From Heterodontus francisci (taxonomy: Eukaryota), in the NCBI RefSeq assembly GCF_036365525.1, contig NC_090378.1, forward strand, positions 54,324,280-54,388,279: DNA of 64,000 nucleotides, in the 5' to 3' direction. This document shows, piece by piece, positions 51,835 to 64,000 of the stretch. The notes below the pieces were generated by a model. That model made no database searches. It saw only the letters and a program-made list of their open reading frames with translations, and was not told where the DNA came from. The position numbers and the translations under genes are program-made. The first letter of the stretch is position 1. Each line of letters starts with the position of its first letter.

Positions 51835-52235
51835 CATGTACCCCCTTCACCAATGTACAGTGGCAGCAGTGTGAAACATATATAGGATGCACTGCAGCTC
51901 CTCACCTTGCCACCTTCAACAGCACCTTTCAAACTTGCAACATCTTCCACTTGGAAGGACAAGGGCAGCAGATGCATGGGAACACCACCACCTGCAAGTT
52001 CCCCTCCAAGCCACACACCATTCTAACTTGGAACTATATCACCATTCCTTCACTGTTGCTGGATCAAAATCCTGGAACTCTCTCCCTAACAGCACTGTTG
52101 GTGTACCTACACCAGATGGACTGCAGCAGTTCAAGAAGGCAGTTCACCACCACCTTCTCAAGAGTAATAAGGGATGGGCAACCAATTTTCACCTTCCCAG
52201 CGATGCCCTCATCGCATGAAATGAATCAAACAACT
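51835..52235 (+). mobile_element. CR1/L2-group LINE (family 2) 3' fragment
   Basis: RTRAADAWEHHHLQ..SFTVAGSKSWNSLP..FKKAVHHHLLK. Confidence 0.88.
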
Positions 52236-52444
52236 ACAAAATAGTGACCCAACCCAATAGAACACTTTGCAAGGTATGAGAGCTTCTGATTGACATTGTA
52301 GCTGCTGATTTTCTGATATGACATCACATAATATGAGATGAGGGGATTACAATTTTAAAAAATTCAAACTGTTGTCTGACAGGAGAAGGGCACCTTCACC
52401 AGAAAAAATCCTGTTACTAACTTGTCTATAACTGAATAATATAT

Positions 52445-53660
52445 ATATAAATGACTTAGATGAAGGGACCGAAGGTATGGTTGCTAAATTTGCTGATGAC
52501 ACAAAGATAGGTAGGAAAGTAACTTGTGACGAGGACATAAGGGGACTACAAAGGTATATAGGTAGGTTGAGTGAGTGGGAAAAGACCTGGCAAATGGAAT
52601 ACAATGTGGGAAAGTGGGAAATTGTCCACTTTGGCAGGAAGAATAAAAAAGAAGCATATTATCTAAATGGTGAGAGATTGCAGAGCTCTGAGATGCAGAG
52701 GGATCTGGGTGTCCTAGTGCATGAATCGCAAAAGGTTAGTATGCAGGTACAGCATGCAATTAGGAAAGCTAATAGAATGTCATTGTTTATCACGAGAGGA
52801 ACTGAATACAAAAGTAGGGAGTTATAAAAGCAAAATACTGCAGATGCTGGAAATCTGAAATAAAAACAAGAAATGCTGGAAATACTCAGCAGGTCTGGCA
52901 GCATCTGGAGAGAGATACAGAATTAACGTTTCAGGTCAGTGTCCCTTCTGATGACCCAGGTCTGATGAAGGGTCAGTGACCTGAAATATTAACTCTGCTT
53001 CTCGCTCCACAGATGCTGCCAGACTTGCTGAGTATTTCCAGCATTTCTTGTTTTTATAAAAGTAGGGAGATTGTACTTCAGCTATACAGGGCATTAGTGA
53101 GACAACATCTGGAGTAATGTGTACAGTAGTGGCCTCCTTATTTAAGGAAGGATGTAAATGCATTGGAGGCAGTACAGAGAAGGTTTACTAGATTAATACC
53201 TGGAATGGGCGGGCTGTCTTACAAGGAAAGATTGGACAGGCTATGCTTGTATCAGCTGGAAAGTAGAAGGGTAAGAGGCGACTTGATTGAAACATATAAG
53301 GTCCTGAGGGGTCTTGACAGGGTGGATGTGGAAACGATTTTTCCCCTTGTGGGCGAATCTAGAACTAGGGGTCACAGTTTAAAACTAAGGGATCGCCCAT
53401 TTAAGACAGAAATGAGGAGAAATTTTTTCTCTTAGAGGTTTGTGAGTCTTTGGAATTCTCTTCCTCAAAAGGCGGTGGAAGCAGAGTTTTTGAATGTTTT
53501 TAAGGCAGAGGTCAATAGATTGTTGATAAGCAACGAGGTGGAAGGTTATCGGGGGTAGGTGGGAATGTGGAGTAATCAGTTCAGCCATGAACTTATTGAA
53601 TGGCGGAGCGCACTCAAAGGACTGAGTGGCCTAGTCCTGCTCCTAATTCGTATGTTCGAA
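52445..53660 (+). mobile_element. CR1 LINE 3' part, same subfamily as 39326-42950
   Basis: Near-identical to 41980-42950. Split by the insertion at 52826-53057. Confidence 0.92.
52826..53057. mobile_element. Palindromic Penelope-derived short element with hammerhead motif
   Basis: ~88-bp inverted arms. ~16-bp TSD AAAAGTAGGGAG(TTAT/ATTGT). HHR core at 52962-52990 (+). Confidence 0.8.
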
Positions 53661-54129
53661 TGTTGGTATATTGCTGGAAAATATGTATGCCATACAAGAT
53701 GGGGATGGTTAGCAGGCAAATAAATCATCAGACAATGTTAGGTCTAATTATTCATAAGTTAAAGGTTGGGGTGCCGGCCTTGTCTTATAAACCATTGCTC
53801 CCCTATCAAGTATCCTACATAACACATTTTTGATATATAAGTGAAGAGAAATAAGAAGTAAGCATTTCAGTTTGAGCGAATGCTCAATTGTGGTGCCAGC
53901 TGTGCTGTACAGCAGTATTTCCGTGGAATGCTGTTTCGTGGTTCAGTGGCATGTAGCTGAGTTACTTAGCCTCATTTGTTGAGAGCAAGCATGGTGAAGC
54001 ATAATAAACATGAAAATGTTTTCAGCTTCTTGAAGAAGTAGAAGTTGTTATTGGTAAAATGGATTATAGCTTTAATAAAACTTGTCATGAGATAAGGGTC
54101 TAAAGTGCTCCTATAATACAGGTGCAGTA

Positions 54130-54380
54130 CAGTCATTACCCATATGGTTGTCCTTAGCTACACAGATCAGGAACGTCCTGTGTCGAACCATGGAATGTGT
54201 TGTTAACTGGCTTTATTGAGGTAACATATTGGTGCTGCAGTTGACTGTCTTATTCTTGAACTTGGACTCAAAGGGAAAAGCTGCCAGGGTTTTGACTGCC
54301 GATTGCTTTCTTGAATGGAAAACATATTCTTATGGATGTCCAGTGTGTAAAGGATCAAGCTTGGTTAGTATAACCTCTTA
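54130..54380 (+). repeat. Possible ancient SINE remnant
   Basis: Degenerate CACAGATCAGGAACGTCCTGTGTCGAACC head and GGGAAAAGCTGCCAGGGTT block, reminiscent of an old shark SINE. Recalled, not aligned. Confidence 0.35.
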
Positions 54381-54505
54381 CAGAAAGAAGCTATGAGTCA
54401 ATCTGGGACGCAGAAATACCTGGAGTGACAGAGGCAGAAGAGTTTGTGGAGTAATAACAAAGGCCAGAGCAGTGGAGTATAATGGATTTTGAACTGTTCG
54501 AGGGA

Positions 54506-54542
54506 AGTTCTGATGAAAGGTCATTGACCTGAAATGTTAACT
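54506..54542 (+). ncRNA. Minimal type-I hammerhead ribozyme motif (best-preserved copy) in a PLE-derived repeat (~54400-54600)
   Basis: AGTT-CTGATGA-A-AGGTC(ATT)GACCT-GAAA-TG-TT-AACT. Helix I AGTT/AACT, helix II AGGTC/GACCT, GUU cleavage triplet. Confidence 0.7.
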
Positions 54543-54597
54543 CTGTTTCTCTCTGCACAGATGCTGCCTGACCTGCCAAGTATTTCCAGTATTTTAT

Positions 54598-55216
54598 CTG
54601 TTTGATTTGATTTCGAGATACAGCACTGAAACAGGCCCATCGGCCCACCGAGTCTGTGCTGACCATTAACCACCCATTTATACTAATCCTACACTAATTA
54701 TGGTGGGCAGCCATAAAGGCGGGGCTAAAGTGTGGCGAGTCGAAGAGACTTAGTAGTTGGCAGGAAAAAAGACAGAGGCGCAAGGGGAGAGCCAACTGTG
54801 TAACAGCCCCGACAAACAAATTTCTCTGCAGCACCTGTGGAAGAGCCTGTCACTCTAGAATTGGCCTTTATAGCCACTCCAGGCGCTGCTTCACAAACCA
54901 CTGACCACCTCCAGGCGCTTATCCATTGTCTCTCGAGATAAGGAGGCCAAAGAGAGAGAGAGAGAGACACTAATCCCATATTCCTACCATATCCTCACCT
55001 GTCCCTATATTCCCCTACCTATACTAGGGGCAATTTATAATGGCCAATTTACCTATCAACCTACAAGTCTTTTGGCTGTGGGAGGAAACCGGAGCACCCG
55101 GAGGAAACCCACGCAGACACAGGGAGAACTTGCAAACTCCACACAGGCAGTACCCAGAATTGAACCCGGGTCGCTGGAGCTGTGAGGCTGCGGTGCTAAC
55201 CACAGCGCCACTGTGT
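54598..55216 (-). mobile_element. HE1-like SINE split by an RTE fragment
   Basis: The SINE halves (54598-54698 and 54967-55216) join in register. Confidence 0.9.
54699..54966 (+). mobile_element. RTE LINE 3' fragment
   Basis: Matches 30330-30590. (GA)n tail. 8-bp TSD ACACTAAT (54691-54698 and 54967-54974). Confidence 0.9.
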
Positions 55217-57504
55217 TATATTAGAGTGGGGAGCTAGTTGGTTCTGAAGCAACAGCCTTTTCATAATAAAGCATGTTTAGTTGCAAGCAAAAAGGCGGTA
55301 GCATTTAGAAAAGTTTAGAGAAAGAAGAAAGTCAAGGCATTGGAGAGCATTCAGGACATTTACTAGAATGGTTCAAGCAGGGATAGGCACAACGTGTTGC
55401 ACCACAGACATTTGACAAAATTATTGGTTTAGCCATGGACATGGGGGCAATTAATTATATAAAGTGTTTAGCCAATCTAATGACATCAAAGCACAGTCCG
55501 ATTTAAAACATATTTATCCCTAAAAATAAAGTAGCTAAGCATATAAACATCAGTGGAGAGCAGCATAACTGTATTAGCTAGCTGGCAAACAAAACAGTAT
55601 GTAATGCCAATGCGAATTACTTTTGTTGACAGAATAGAGCTAGCTACACCATGTCACAGGGAGGTAGATGAACCTTATTGTGATGACTACTGTGGATTCA
55701 CACTGTGTCAAGAGTGCAAATTCATCCGATAAACCATGAAACTTAAGGAGAGGATTGTTATTGTGGTTATTGAGGCGAGGCGGTAGAAAAATCAGCAACA
55801 GGGAGATGGACCATTTCTCACACTGCTGTTGTCACAGGACAATTTAACCCATGATGGTCAAGGTTTGTGCAACTTCTCCACCTGCTTGTAATATGTATCT
55901 GAAGACAGGGTGGCCCAGAAAAGGGCAGTGATCTCCAAATCAGGAGAATTTTATAGGATGGAGTAGATAGCACTTCAGAAGAATCATGTAAAACAGACAA
56001 GCAGATTGGGACAGGAAAGGACAGAGAGATTAACAGTAGGTAGCCAAGACTAGTTTATAACCTTGATAGGCTGATAAACTAGGTCTTGGATTCTAAAATA
56101 CTCAAACAACAGCATCTCTCATGGAAAAAAAATGTCATTTATTCAGCAGAGCTAATGATAAAATTAGATAAACATGATTACAAATAAAGCGTGCCCTTCA
56201 GTTCCTCCAATAAAGTGATTCTGTTAAATTCAGTTTTGTCTATATCTTGGTCTATCAGTGCCGAATCTGATTCAGTTCTGACAAGATAATTATTAACAAA
56301 AAGATTTTCTTCAAAAGTTGAGTGGTTGTTACTGCATGTATTATTCAGTTACAAAAATGTTTAGTCACTATCTGTAATATAGTACTGCAGGCTAACAAAT
56401 TTATGTCCAAGAAAAATCTCTTCCCTGTTAACAAAGGTGCCCTTTTAACATAATGTAATTATATGATGCAACTTTCAAATGACATTGGCCACTCAGGTTA
56501 TCTGCCCTCAAACTAGATAGTAAATGATGCACATTGCAGTTACTGATCTTTGACATACTTATAAAACTGGACCTTTAATCCAATTCGCAGCAAAACAAAA
56601 ATCAGTTAATGACTGTTTCTGACATGGTCAATGAAACATAATACATTTTTACTATGTCTTCCCCAACATTTTTTAAAACTGCAAATGCAGCATCGATTTT
56701 GTTAAGGAATCATAGACAGTTCATCATAGATAGTTCATCATAGATAGAAGTTTATTAAAGCTATCCATTACATTGTATTTACAAACTATTGTATATGGGT
56801 CAGCAACATTCTGTTTTTGCCAGTGTTACTCAACCCCATTACACCATACTCTTGTATTTATGAGAAACATAGAATGCTGACTTCTTGAGATTACTTGGAT
56901 TTTCTTGCCTGTTTTCCCCTCAGTGCAAGTTCTGGAACAATGTGATTCCAAATCGATAACAGCAGAATTGCAACATTTATACAAAAGTAAAAGTCCAGCA
57001 ACTTTCAACATGTCACTGAGCTTGTGTCCTAAGTGAACATAATGCATGCCAGAGCATAAAAATCGAGACATTCCCGGAATAACATTTTCCATTTTAAAAT
57101 GTGTTTACATAACACAAGTCTTTAAACTTGTATTCTAAAATAACCTAGCTGCTAGGTTAACACAAGGTTAAAGGCTTGGAGTAAGGGTGTCCAACCTTTT
57201 CGCCTGGGGCCGCATTACATTTTTGTCTTGCATAGGGGGCCGGAGATACAATTTTGGAAAGTTATAGGCATGAAAAATTTATCTTAATATTAATCTCAAC
57301 AACAACAAATGTGCATTTTTGTGCAGAAGCTTTAAGTGAAAAGACTAATTTATTGACTTACTTTCTTGTCACTATGTTGAACATTGATTCAGTGAGATGC
57401 TTGGCAATTTTTTTGCTGGCACAAGTAGTCAATGCCTGCCCGCACACTTCTTGTAGTGATGCAAAGTATTCCAGATAGATATCCATACGTCAGGAGTGAT
57501 CTTG

Positions 57505-57885
57505 ATCACTCTCTCTCCCTTCTCTCTCTCTCTGTCCGGTTCTCTCATCCTTCCTCTTTGTGTTCCCCCATTCTGTGTTGGTGGCCCTCTCTCTGTGTTG
57601 TTCCCTGTTCTCTGTGTCATCCCACTCTGTATTGTCCTCTGCTCTCTCTGTTTTGTTCCCTTCCCCTGTTTCGTCCCCCCCCCCCCGCCCATGTCATCTC
57701 CCCCTGTGTTGCCACCATTCTCTCCCTCCCCTCTTTTTCTGCCATGTCTCTCTCTCTCTCTACCTTCTTTCTCTTTGCCCTCTCTCTCTTCCTCTTTCTC
57801 TTTGCTGCCCCCCTCTTCCCCCTCTCTCACTCTCTCTGTCCCGCCTCTCTCTCTGCCCCCTTCACTCTCTCTGTCCCCCCTTTCT
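57505..57885. repeat. CT-rich low-complexity tract (continues at 58628-58762)
   Basis: Polypyrimidine (CT)n/(CTGT) runs. Confidence 0.9.
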
Positions 57886-58627
57886 CGTTCATGGGATGTG
57901 GGCATCGCTGGCTAGGCTGGTATTTATTGCCCATCCCTAATTGCCCTTGAGAAGGAGGTGGTGAGCTGCCTTCCTGAACCGCTGCAGTCCTTGGGGTGTA
58001 GATACATCCACAGTGTTGTTCGGAAGGGATTTTCAGGATTTTGACCCAGCGACAGTGAAGAAACGGCAATATAGTTCCAAGTCAGGATGGTATGTGGCTT
58101 GGAGGGGAACTTGCAGGTGATGGTGTTCCCATGCATCTGAGGTCCTTGTCCTTCCAGGAAGTAGAGGTCGCGGGTTTGGAAGGTGCTGTGAAGGAGTCTT
58201 GGTGAGTTACTGCAGTGCATCTTGAATATGGGAAGTGAATGTTGAAAATGATGCATGGGGTGACAATCAAGCAGGATGCTTTATCCTGGATGGTGTTGAG
58301 CTTCTTGAACGTTGTTGGAGCGGCACCCATCCAGGCAAGTGGAGAGTATTCCGTCATACTCCTGACTTGCGCCTTGTAGATGGTGGACAGGCAATGAGGA
58401 GTCAGGAGGTGAGTTAGTTGCGACAGAATTCACAGCCTCTGACCTGCTCTTGTAGCCACAGTATTTTTGTGGCTGGTCCAGTTGAGTTTCTGGTCAATGG
58501 TCACCCCAGGATGTTGATAGTGGGGGATTCAGCGATGGTAATGCCATTGAACATCAAGGGGAGATGCTTAGCTTCTCTTTTGTTTGAGATGGTCTTTGCC
58601 TGGCATTTGTGTGGCACAAATGTTACT
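57885..58627 (-). mobile_element. CR1/L2-group LINE (family 2) 3' fragment
   Basis: EYSPLAWMGAAPTTFKKLNTIQDKA, with the same 3' end as 35234. Confidence 0.9.
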
Positions 58628-59134
58628 TCTCTCTCTCTCTCTGTATCCTCTCTCTCTGTCTGCCTCTCTCTCTCTCTCTGCCCCCCCCTTCCCCCTCTCT
58701 CCTTCTCTCTGTCCCCTCTCTCTTTCTTTCATTGCCCCCCTGCCCCTCTTTCTCTCTCTCTGGCATTTGCTGAGAGCTGGAACAACAGTTTCCAAACTTC
58801 GGACAGCTCCGTCGCTTTCCCCAGGCTTTTTAAAAAAATTGGAACCTGCCGGAAAACCACAATGTGTTCGAAGTTTGGAAACTGCTGTTCCTGCTCACAG
58901 CACCTGTCAGCTGTGTATATGGAAAGGAGTGTTAATGAGCATGAAATAAAGATCTGAGCTTAGGGAAATTACAATTCAGCTGTGAAACTCTCAGTTGCAA
59001 TTTTTTTAAAAGCCGATCTGGTCAGAAAGAAGATGTCAATGGGAAATTTCTCATTCCTGAAATTACCTGTTATGGATCTCAAAATATTTTACCACAGACA
59101 CTGGTGTCCGTGTACGGATACATTACCGACCCCT

Positions 59135-59525
59135 GGGTACAAGAGATGGGGTCTTCAGTTATCTGAAGAAGGTTAAGAGGAGATTTGATAGATGTGTTTA
59201 GCATCATGAATAGTAAAAAGGGTCAGTAACCAGAGGATACAGGTTTATGGTGATTGGCAATAGAACCAGTGGCAATAGGAGGAAACATTTCTTTACATAG
59301 CGAGTTGTTGTGATCTGAAATACACTGCCTGAAAGGATGGTGGAAGCAGATCCAATAGTAACATTTAAATGAGAATTGGATAAATCCTTGAAGGAAAAAA
59401 AATACAGGGCTGTGGGGAAAGAGCAGGTTTAGTGGGATTAATTAGATAGGTCTACCAAAGGGCCAGCGCAAGAACAGTGGGTCAAATGACCTCCTTCTGT
59501 GCTGTATCATTCTATGATTCTATGC
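59135..59525 (+). mobile_element. Old CR1 3' fragment
   Basis: RRLRGDLIDVF..TRGYRF..FFT.RVV and an (ATTCTATG)n tail. Confidence 0.75.
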
Positions 59526-59949
59526 AATCTGTAGCCAGCATGACTGCCAGAGACCAAAACAGTAGTCATGAACTTCCATGGAACTGTTTGCACTCTGGCC
59601 ACATAACTTTACCAGAAGTGCAGAACAAATCCATTTTACCTGTGTAAAGAGGGTTTCCACCATGGGGAAGCTCCAAGGTAACTTCTAGCCAGCTTTTTTT
59701 CTGAGTTGAGAGACCTATGCTAACTGGTGTCGCGTGAATCAGAAAGTTGATCTGAGCTCAGTGAATACCAGGAACTGCCCATCAGGGTGGAGGAAGCTAT
59801 GGCTGGCATAGTCAAAGAAGTCCAGGGTCAGAAACAGAAAAGATTAGATTTGGGATATGAGGAAGTTGTAGTGAGTCTGTATGGAGGTCAGAGAAGCGTC
59901 CATGGTCTGAGGAGATCAGAGAAAAATCAAAGTTGTACAAGGAGGTTGA

Positions 59950-60200
59950 AGAAGAACAACAATAAGAACTTGCATTTATGCAGTGCCTTTAATGTCGTAA
60001 TACATCCCAAGGAACTTCACAGGAGTGTTACCAAACAAATTTGACACCAAGCCACATAAAGAGGCATTAGGACAGATGACCAGAAACTTGGTCATAGAGG
60101 TAGGTTTTAAGGAGCACCTTATAGGAGGAGAGAGAGAGGTAGAGAGGCAGAGAAGTTTAGGGAGGGAATTCCAGACCAGAGGGCCTAGGTGGCTGAAAGG
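59950..60200 (-). mobile_element. L2-type LINE 3' end (an older piece lies at ~60445-60850)
   Basis: AACTTGCATTTAT..GCCTTTAA..CCCAAGG..CTTCACAGG..GGGAGGGAATTCCAGA pattern, typical of L2 3' ends in reverse. Confidence 0.6.
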
Positions 60201-61785
60201 ACCATTTCAGCTGAAGGAGATTGGAGGAGGTCTGTGGTATTTGAGACTTATACTCTGAATTGAATTTTTTTCACATTCATCTCAAATGCTGAAACTCAGT
60301 CAAATGTCTTCCACTTTATTGTGGCACATCACTTCCACTTTACTGCGGCACATTGCACCTCTGGATTCTCAGTCAAATTATTTTCTGTGAATCAACATAG
60401 GAGAGACATTGAAAGGAATCTGTAGAACTGTGCCCAGAGGCAGCACCACATACATTTCCAAAGCACAGCTGAAGTAGAAAAAATTCTCAGAGCAAGGTGG
60501 AAGGAACAAATATTTGGAATCATAGTATACAGTGAAAAAGGAAAACAGATGCTCAGGGTGGCTGGGGGTGGGGGGTGGGGGGGGTGGGCGTGGGGAGTGG
60601 GAGGATGTGGGGGAGGTGCAGGGGTGCTGTGGAAGCACAAGTGAGAGAAAGCTTTTAAACAGGCTTTTGAAAGTTGGGAGGAAATTGCCAAAATTAAGAG
60701 ATTCAGGGAGAGAGTTCAGGGGATTGTGATGTTTGAAAACAGAGGTCAACAGAATAATATTGTTTTGGGGAACTGGAGAATGCATGCAGAGGCAAGAGAT
60801 AGAGAAGATTGTAGATGTCTGTAGGGATTTTAAATTGATACAGATAATGATCCAGATTTTGCAGTCATTTGAGAATGAATGGTGTTCGCCTTTCGTTACA
60901 CTTACATTTTTCCACAGAATTTCTGTGGGATTTTGCACTGTGACTTGCAGTTATTAGGGAACTGAAACAATGGACGCCTCTACAGTGGATCTCCAACTCG
61001 TGTGAAGGGAGCAACCAATGGTGTGTCCTTAACTAATCAGATTGAAGAATTCTTACTGAACCATGCAGAGTCCAAACCAGGAAGTTAATAGTTAATCCAA
61101 TGCCAAATCATGTACAGAAAGTGAAATACAGAGAGTGGGATAAAAGAGACAGAAAGAACAAATGATTTTTTTTTATTGTTTTAAAATCTCCAACCATAAA
61201 TAAAATCTGAAGGAATGAAATTCCACACTTTTAAAAGTACATTTTCAGTGTCAGTGTGGTTGTTTGGCAGTAATTAAGATTTAACACACTGTTAAGAATT
61301 CACCTACACTTGAATGGACAAGCCCTAACTTTTTCTGGCATGTTTCATTAGTAGCTAGTGAGTAAGTACCGCAAATTTATACCCTTCCATTTATTTGAAT
61401 GCCGTATCTCTCAGTGAGGTATTATTTTAGCAAAGCTTCTGGAGGAGCAGGGCAACTCAGACAGCAACTTCCTGATTTCCGAGTTTAACTGGGCATATGT
61501 GGATACCTTCAATTGCTGTCTATTGTACTGCTGAATAATGGTGAGCACTGATATTTCTACTGCAAAATCCTGCCCTTTATATCAAATTACTGTGGTTAGT
61601 GATACATGGGAAGGATAGGAGTGCTCCACTTTGTGCAGGAAGGATACAGGTTCTGTAGACAAGTTGTACATTTTGGAGAGGAGGTGCAGGGAGGTTGACA
61701 AAGATAATATTAGAGAAGTAAATCCAACAGATGATAAACGAATGGATTAGATTCTCAGCAGCAGAGGTAACGTGGAAATTCATAT

Positions 61786-64000
61786 GGGGCTGAATTTGAT
61801 AACCCCGATGGGATCGCGATGCACAAATGAACCTGAGGCTGTTTACTGCAACTTGGTGCTGCCTGGTGTTTTCCATGATTGCAGCGTCCAGCCAGTGCTA
61901 ATTCCACTGTTGACTGACTGAATGCCTGAGCAGGGGTCCAATATCGCACCATTTAAAGCTAGGCTGCACCTCTTGAAGGGGTGGTGTATTGTGGCTGGAG
62001 CAGGTACTAGGACACCTTTGTGAGCTGAACCTGACCTTGGACAAATGGAAGAATGGCACGACATGGGAGAGTGTGGGCTCCAAGGTTTTCCAATGCTGCA
62101 TTGGCAGTCTTGGTGAAGGTGGTGCAAAGGAGGAGACCTGTCCTGTATCTGCAGGGGGCCAAGAGGCCCTTCAGACACATGCTCAGAAGGCAGTGTGAGC
62201 TGATAGCCATAGTGGTCAATGCCAGCAGTCAAGCCCCGAGGACCTAGATGCAGTGCCGCAAGAAGTTCAATGACCTCACACTAGTGATCAAAGTCAGTGA
62301 ATGCATCTTCAAATGCCATATTCTGCCAACTGCACCACTAGCCTCAACCACTGCTCAATTCACCACAGCATCAACGATCTGTATTAATTAGGACATATAC
62401 CTGACATTCATATGCTACATCCCAGCCTCACACACTTAGTGCTGCTAGAAGCCTCATGACCACATCTCACAGCTTGCACACATGATTAAACCATGACAGC
62501 CACATCAGCCAAACTGCATGATGCTCACTGATTTCGTTTGGGACAAGGTGACAGATAATTGGAGGCAGCAGGAGCTAACCAAAAAGAGGCAGGCATGCCT
62601 GTGTATCCTGACCTCCAAGAAGGAGACGGTGTTCATCATTATTGGGATGCCCATTGTTGAGGCCGTGGACAGCTGAGGCTCTGCAATCATCCAAGGTGTC
62701 AGTATCCTCATACCTAATCCTCCTCCTCACATCCAGCTTCCCTCTCATCCCACACTCTCTTCTGATTTACAAACTGCAGATGATATAAGTATGCACCTCT
62801 TACTTTTTCACCAAACCACATCAAAGCCTTATCCTTGGGCCTTTCTCCTTTCAGATACCCAAGAAGTGGAATTAACCAGGCAACCAGCATACAGTGATGA
62901 AGACACACCACAGTCACTTGATATCACACGCAGCCACCAGCTTAGATACTGACACTGGGGGCTGGATTTTGTGTAGGAAGAGGGGCTCCCAGTGCTGAGC
63001 CGAAAAGACGAGGATCACCGGCTCAGCCTTTTCGTGCTCCCCCTGGAGCGATCCTCTGTTGCTTTTTGTCTTAGTGTCCTGCACCAGGATCCCCATCCCT
63101 TTAAAGATGCCAATCTTGCCACCAAGAGCTGTTGGCAAATCACAGGGCCGGCAGCTCAGCAGTATCAGCAGTGCAACCGGGAGAATGGCCACTCCTGGTA
63201 TTGCCGAGGCCTTGGACCCAGGCCCAGTGCTGGAACCCTGGCCCCAAGGTGTGAGGCGGGATCGCTGGGGCCAGTCCAGGAGGCCCTAATGAGGGGGGTT
63301 GGGATGTAGTCCTAAAGCTCAGGGGAAGGGGTATCCTGAGGTGCATTGTTGCCTGGACAGGGCCTTCCATGGGCCACAGATTGCCCACGGAGGAGGGACC
63401 CCCCCCGCAAGTCCACAGGAAGGGCGCCCCATTTTACAAGGCGCCCTCCCTGTGTGGTGGAGGCTCCCCTGCAGCTGGTTAAAAGCCAGCAGCAGTGGGA
63501 AGAGGCCCTTACGTGATCATCGGGCCTCAATTTGCCTCTGGGCATGAAGGCCATTGTCAGCCTATCCCGCCCAGAGGCAAGATCGCTTGGCGACTGGCCT
63601 TCCGTCCCCTGCCACCCCAGCTCCGATCTGACCTCAGGGAGGCCCATAAAATCCAGCCCTGTGTGTAATTTAGTAGATCGCACTGAGGCAGGATCAACAC
63701 GTGGTGAAACATCAGGCATGAGTGTCCTGCAGACAGGGCGGGGGCAAGGATAGAGCAAGTGCCAATTTGCCAGAGGGTGAGGTTGCACATGAGTTCTGCT
63801 GCAGAGAGCTCAGCTGAGCCCTTCGATGGGGCAAAGTACAGTAGGAGGCTGATGGGTATGCACAACAAAATGTTTGGTGCGTTGGGAAGCCTTCCAGAAG
63901 CCTGCGGTCAATGTCAAGGAGCACAGAGGTCTCTGACACCAACTTGATACAGGGCTTTGCGCAGACCTTGGTGCTCAACCCTTTAAGCAGGGATGTTGTG
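61786..64000 (+). pseudogene. Harbinger element end with a multi-exon Myb/SANT DNA-binding partner pseudogene
   Basis: TIR-like GGGGCTGAATTT. Block 1 MARHGRVWAPRFSNAALAVLV..RRQCELIAIVVNA..PRT*MQCRKKFNDL (62053-62295). Block 2 DKVTDNWRQQELT..LCILT (~62542). Block 3 follows tttcAG at ~62855, is split by a MITE and continues to the window end. Confidence 0.78.
62959..63659. mobile_element. Harbinger-type MITE nested in the Myb/SANT pseudogene
   Basis: Perfect TIRs GGGCTGGATTTT / AAAATCCAGCCC. Flanks TGG/TGT. Confidence 0.85.

Larger units (their letters stand above)
57183..59134. mobile_element. Possible hAT-type non-autonomous element containing CT-rich low-complexity tracts
   Basis: Ends AGGGTGTCCAACCTTTT and CCGACCCCTG resemble hAT/Charlie termini. 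No matching 8-bp TSD found. Confidence 0.4.

Noticed and set aside
56905-56990. Strong acceptor ttttcccctcAG followed by a short open frame
   Set aside because: Weak donor (GTAAAA) and the peptide does not resemble AGBL4 or anything I recognise.
57429-57950. Overlapping 126-172 aa ORFs
   Set aside because: Artefacts of the CT-rich low-complexity tract, which lacks stop codons.

Overview
Repeat-dense vertebrate intronic DNA, most likely from a shark or other elasmobranch (inferred from HE1-type SINEs and the repeat mix). The only host coding sequence I can support is one 115-bp exon (26395-26509, +) of the cytosolic carboxypeptidase gene AGBL4/CCP6. Most of the rest is nested, decayed transposable elements. 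These comprise tRNA-derived HE1-like SINEs, CR1 LINEs, a second CR1/L2-group LINE, RTE LINEs, two copies of one Gypsy LTR family, a solo LTR, Penelope-like elements (PLE), and a PIF/Harbinger system (transposase pseudogene, Myb/SANT partner pseudogenes and about 9 GC-rich MITEs). Three signals stand out. First, PLE-derived short repeats carry minimal type-I hammerhead ribozyme (HHR) motifs. Second, a TSD-flanked non-coding HHR-270nt-HHR unit resembles a retrozyme. Third, three apparently independent Harbinger-type MITEs are inserted exactly at the HHR cleavage triplet. All alignments were done by eye, and element boundaries are approximate unless a TSD or TIR is quoted.
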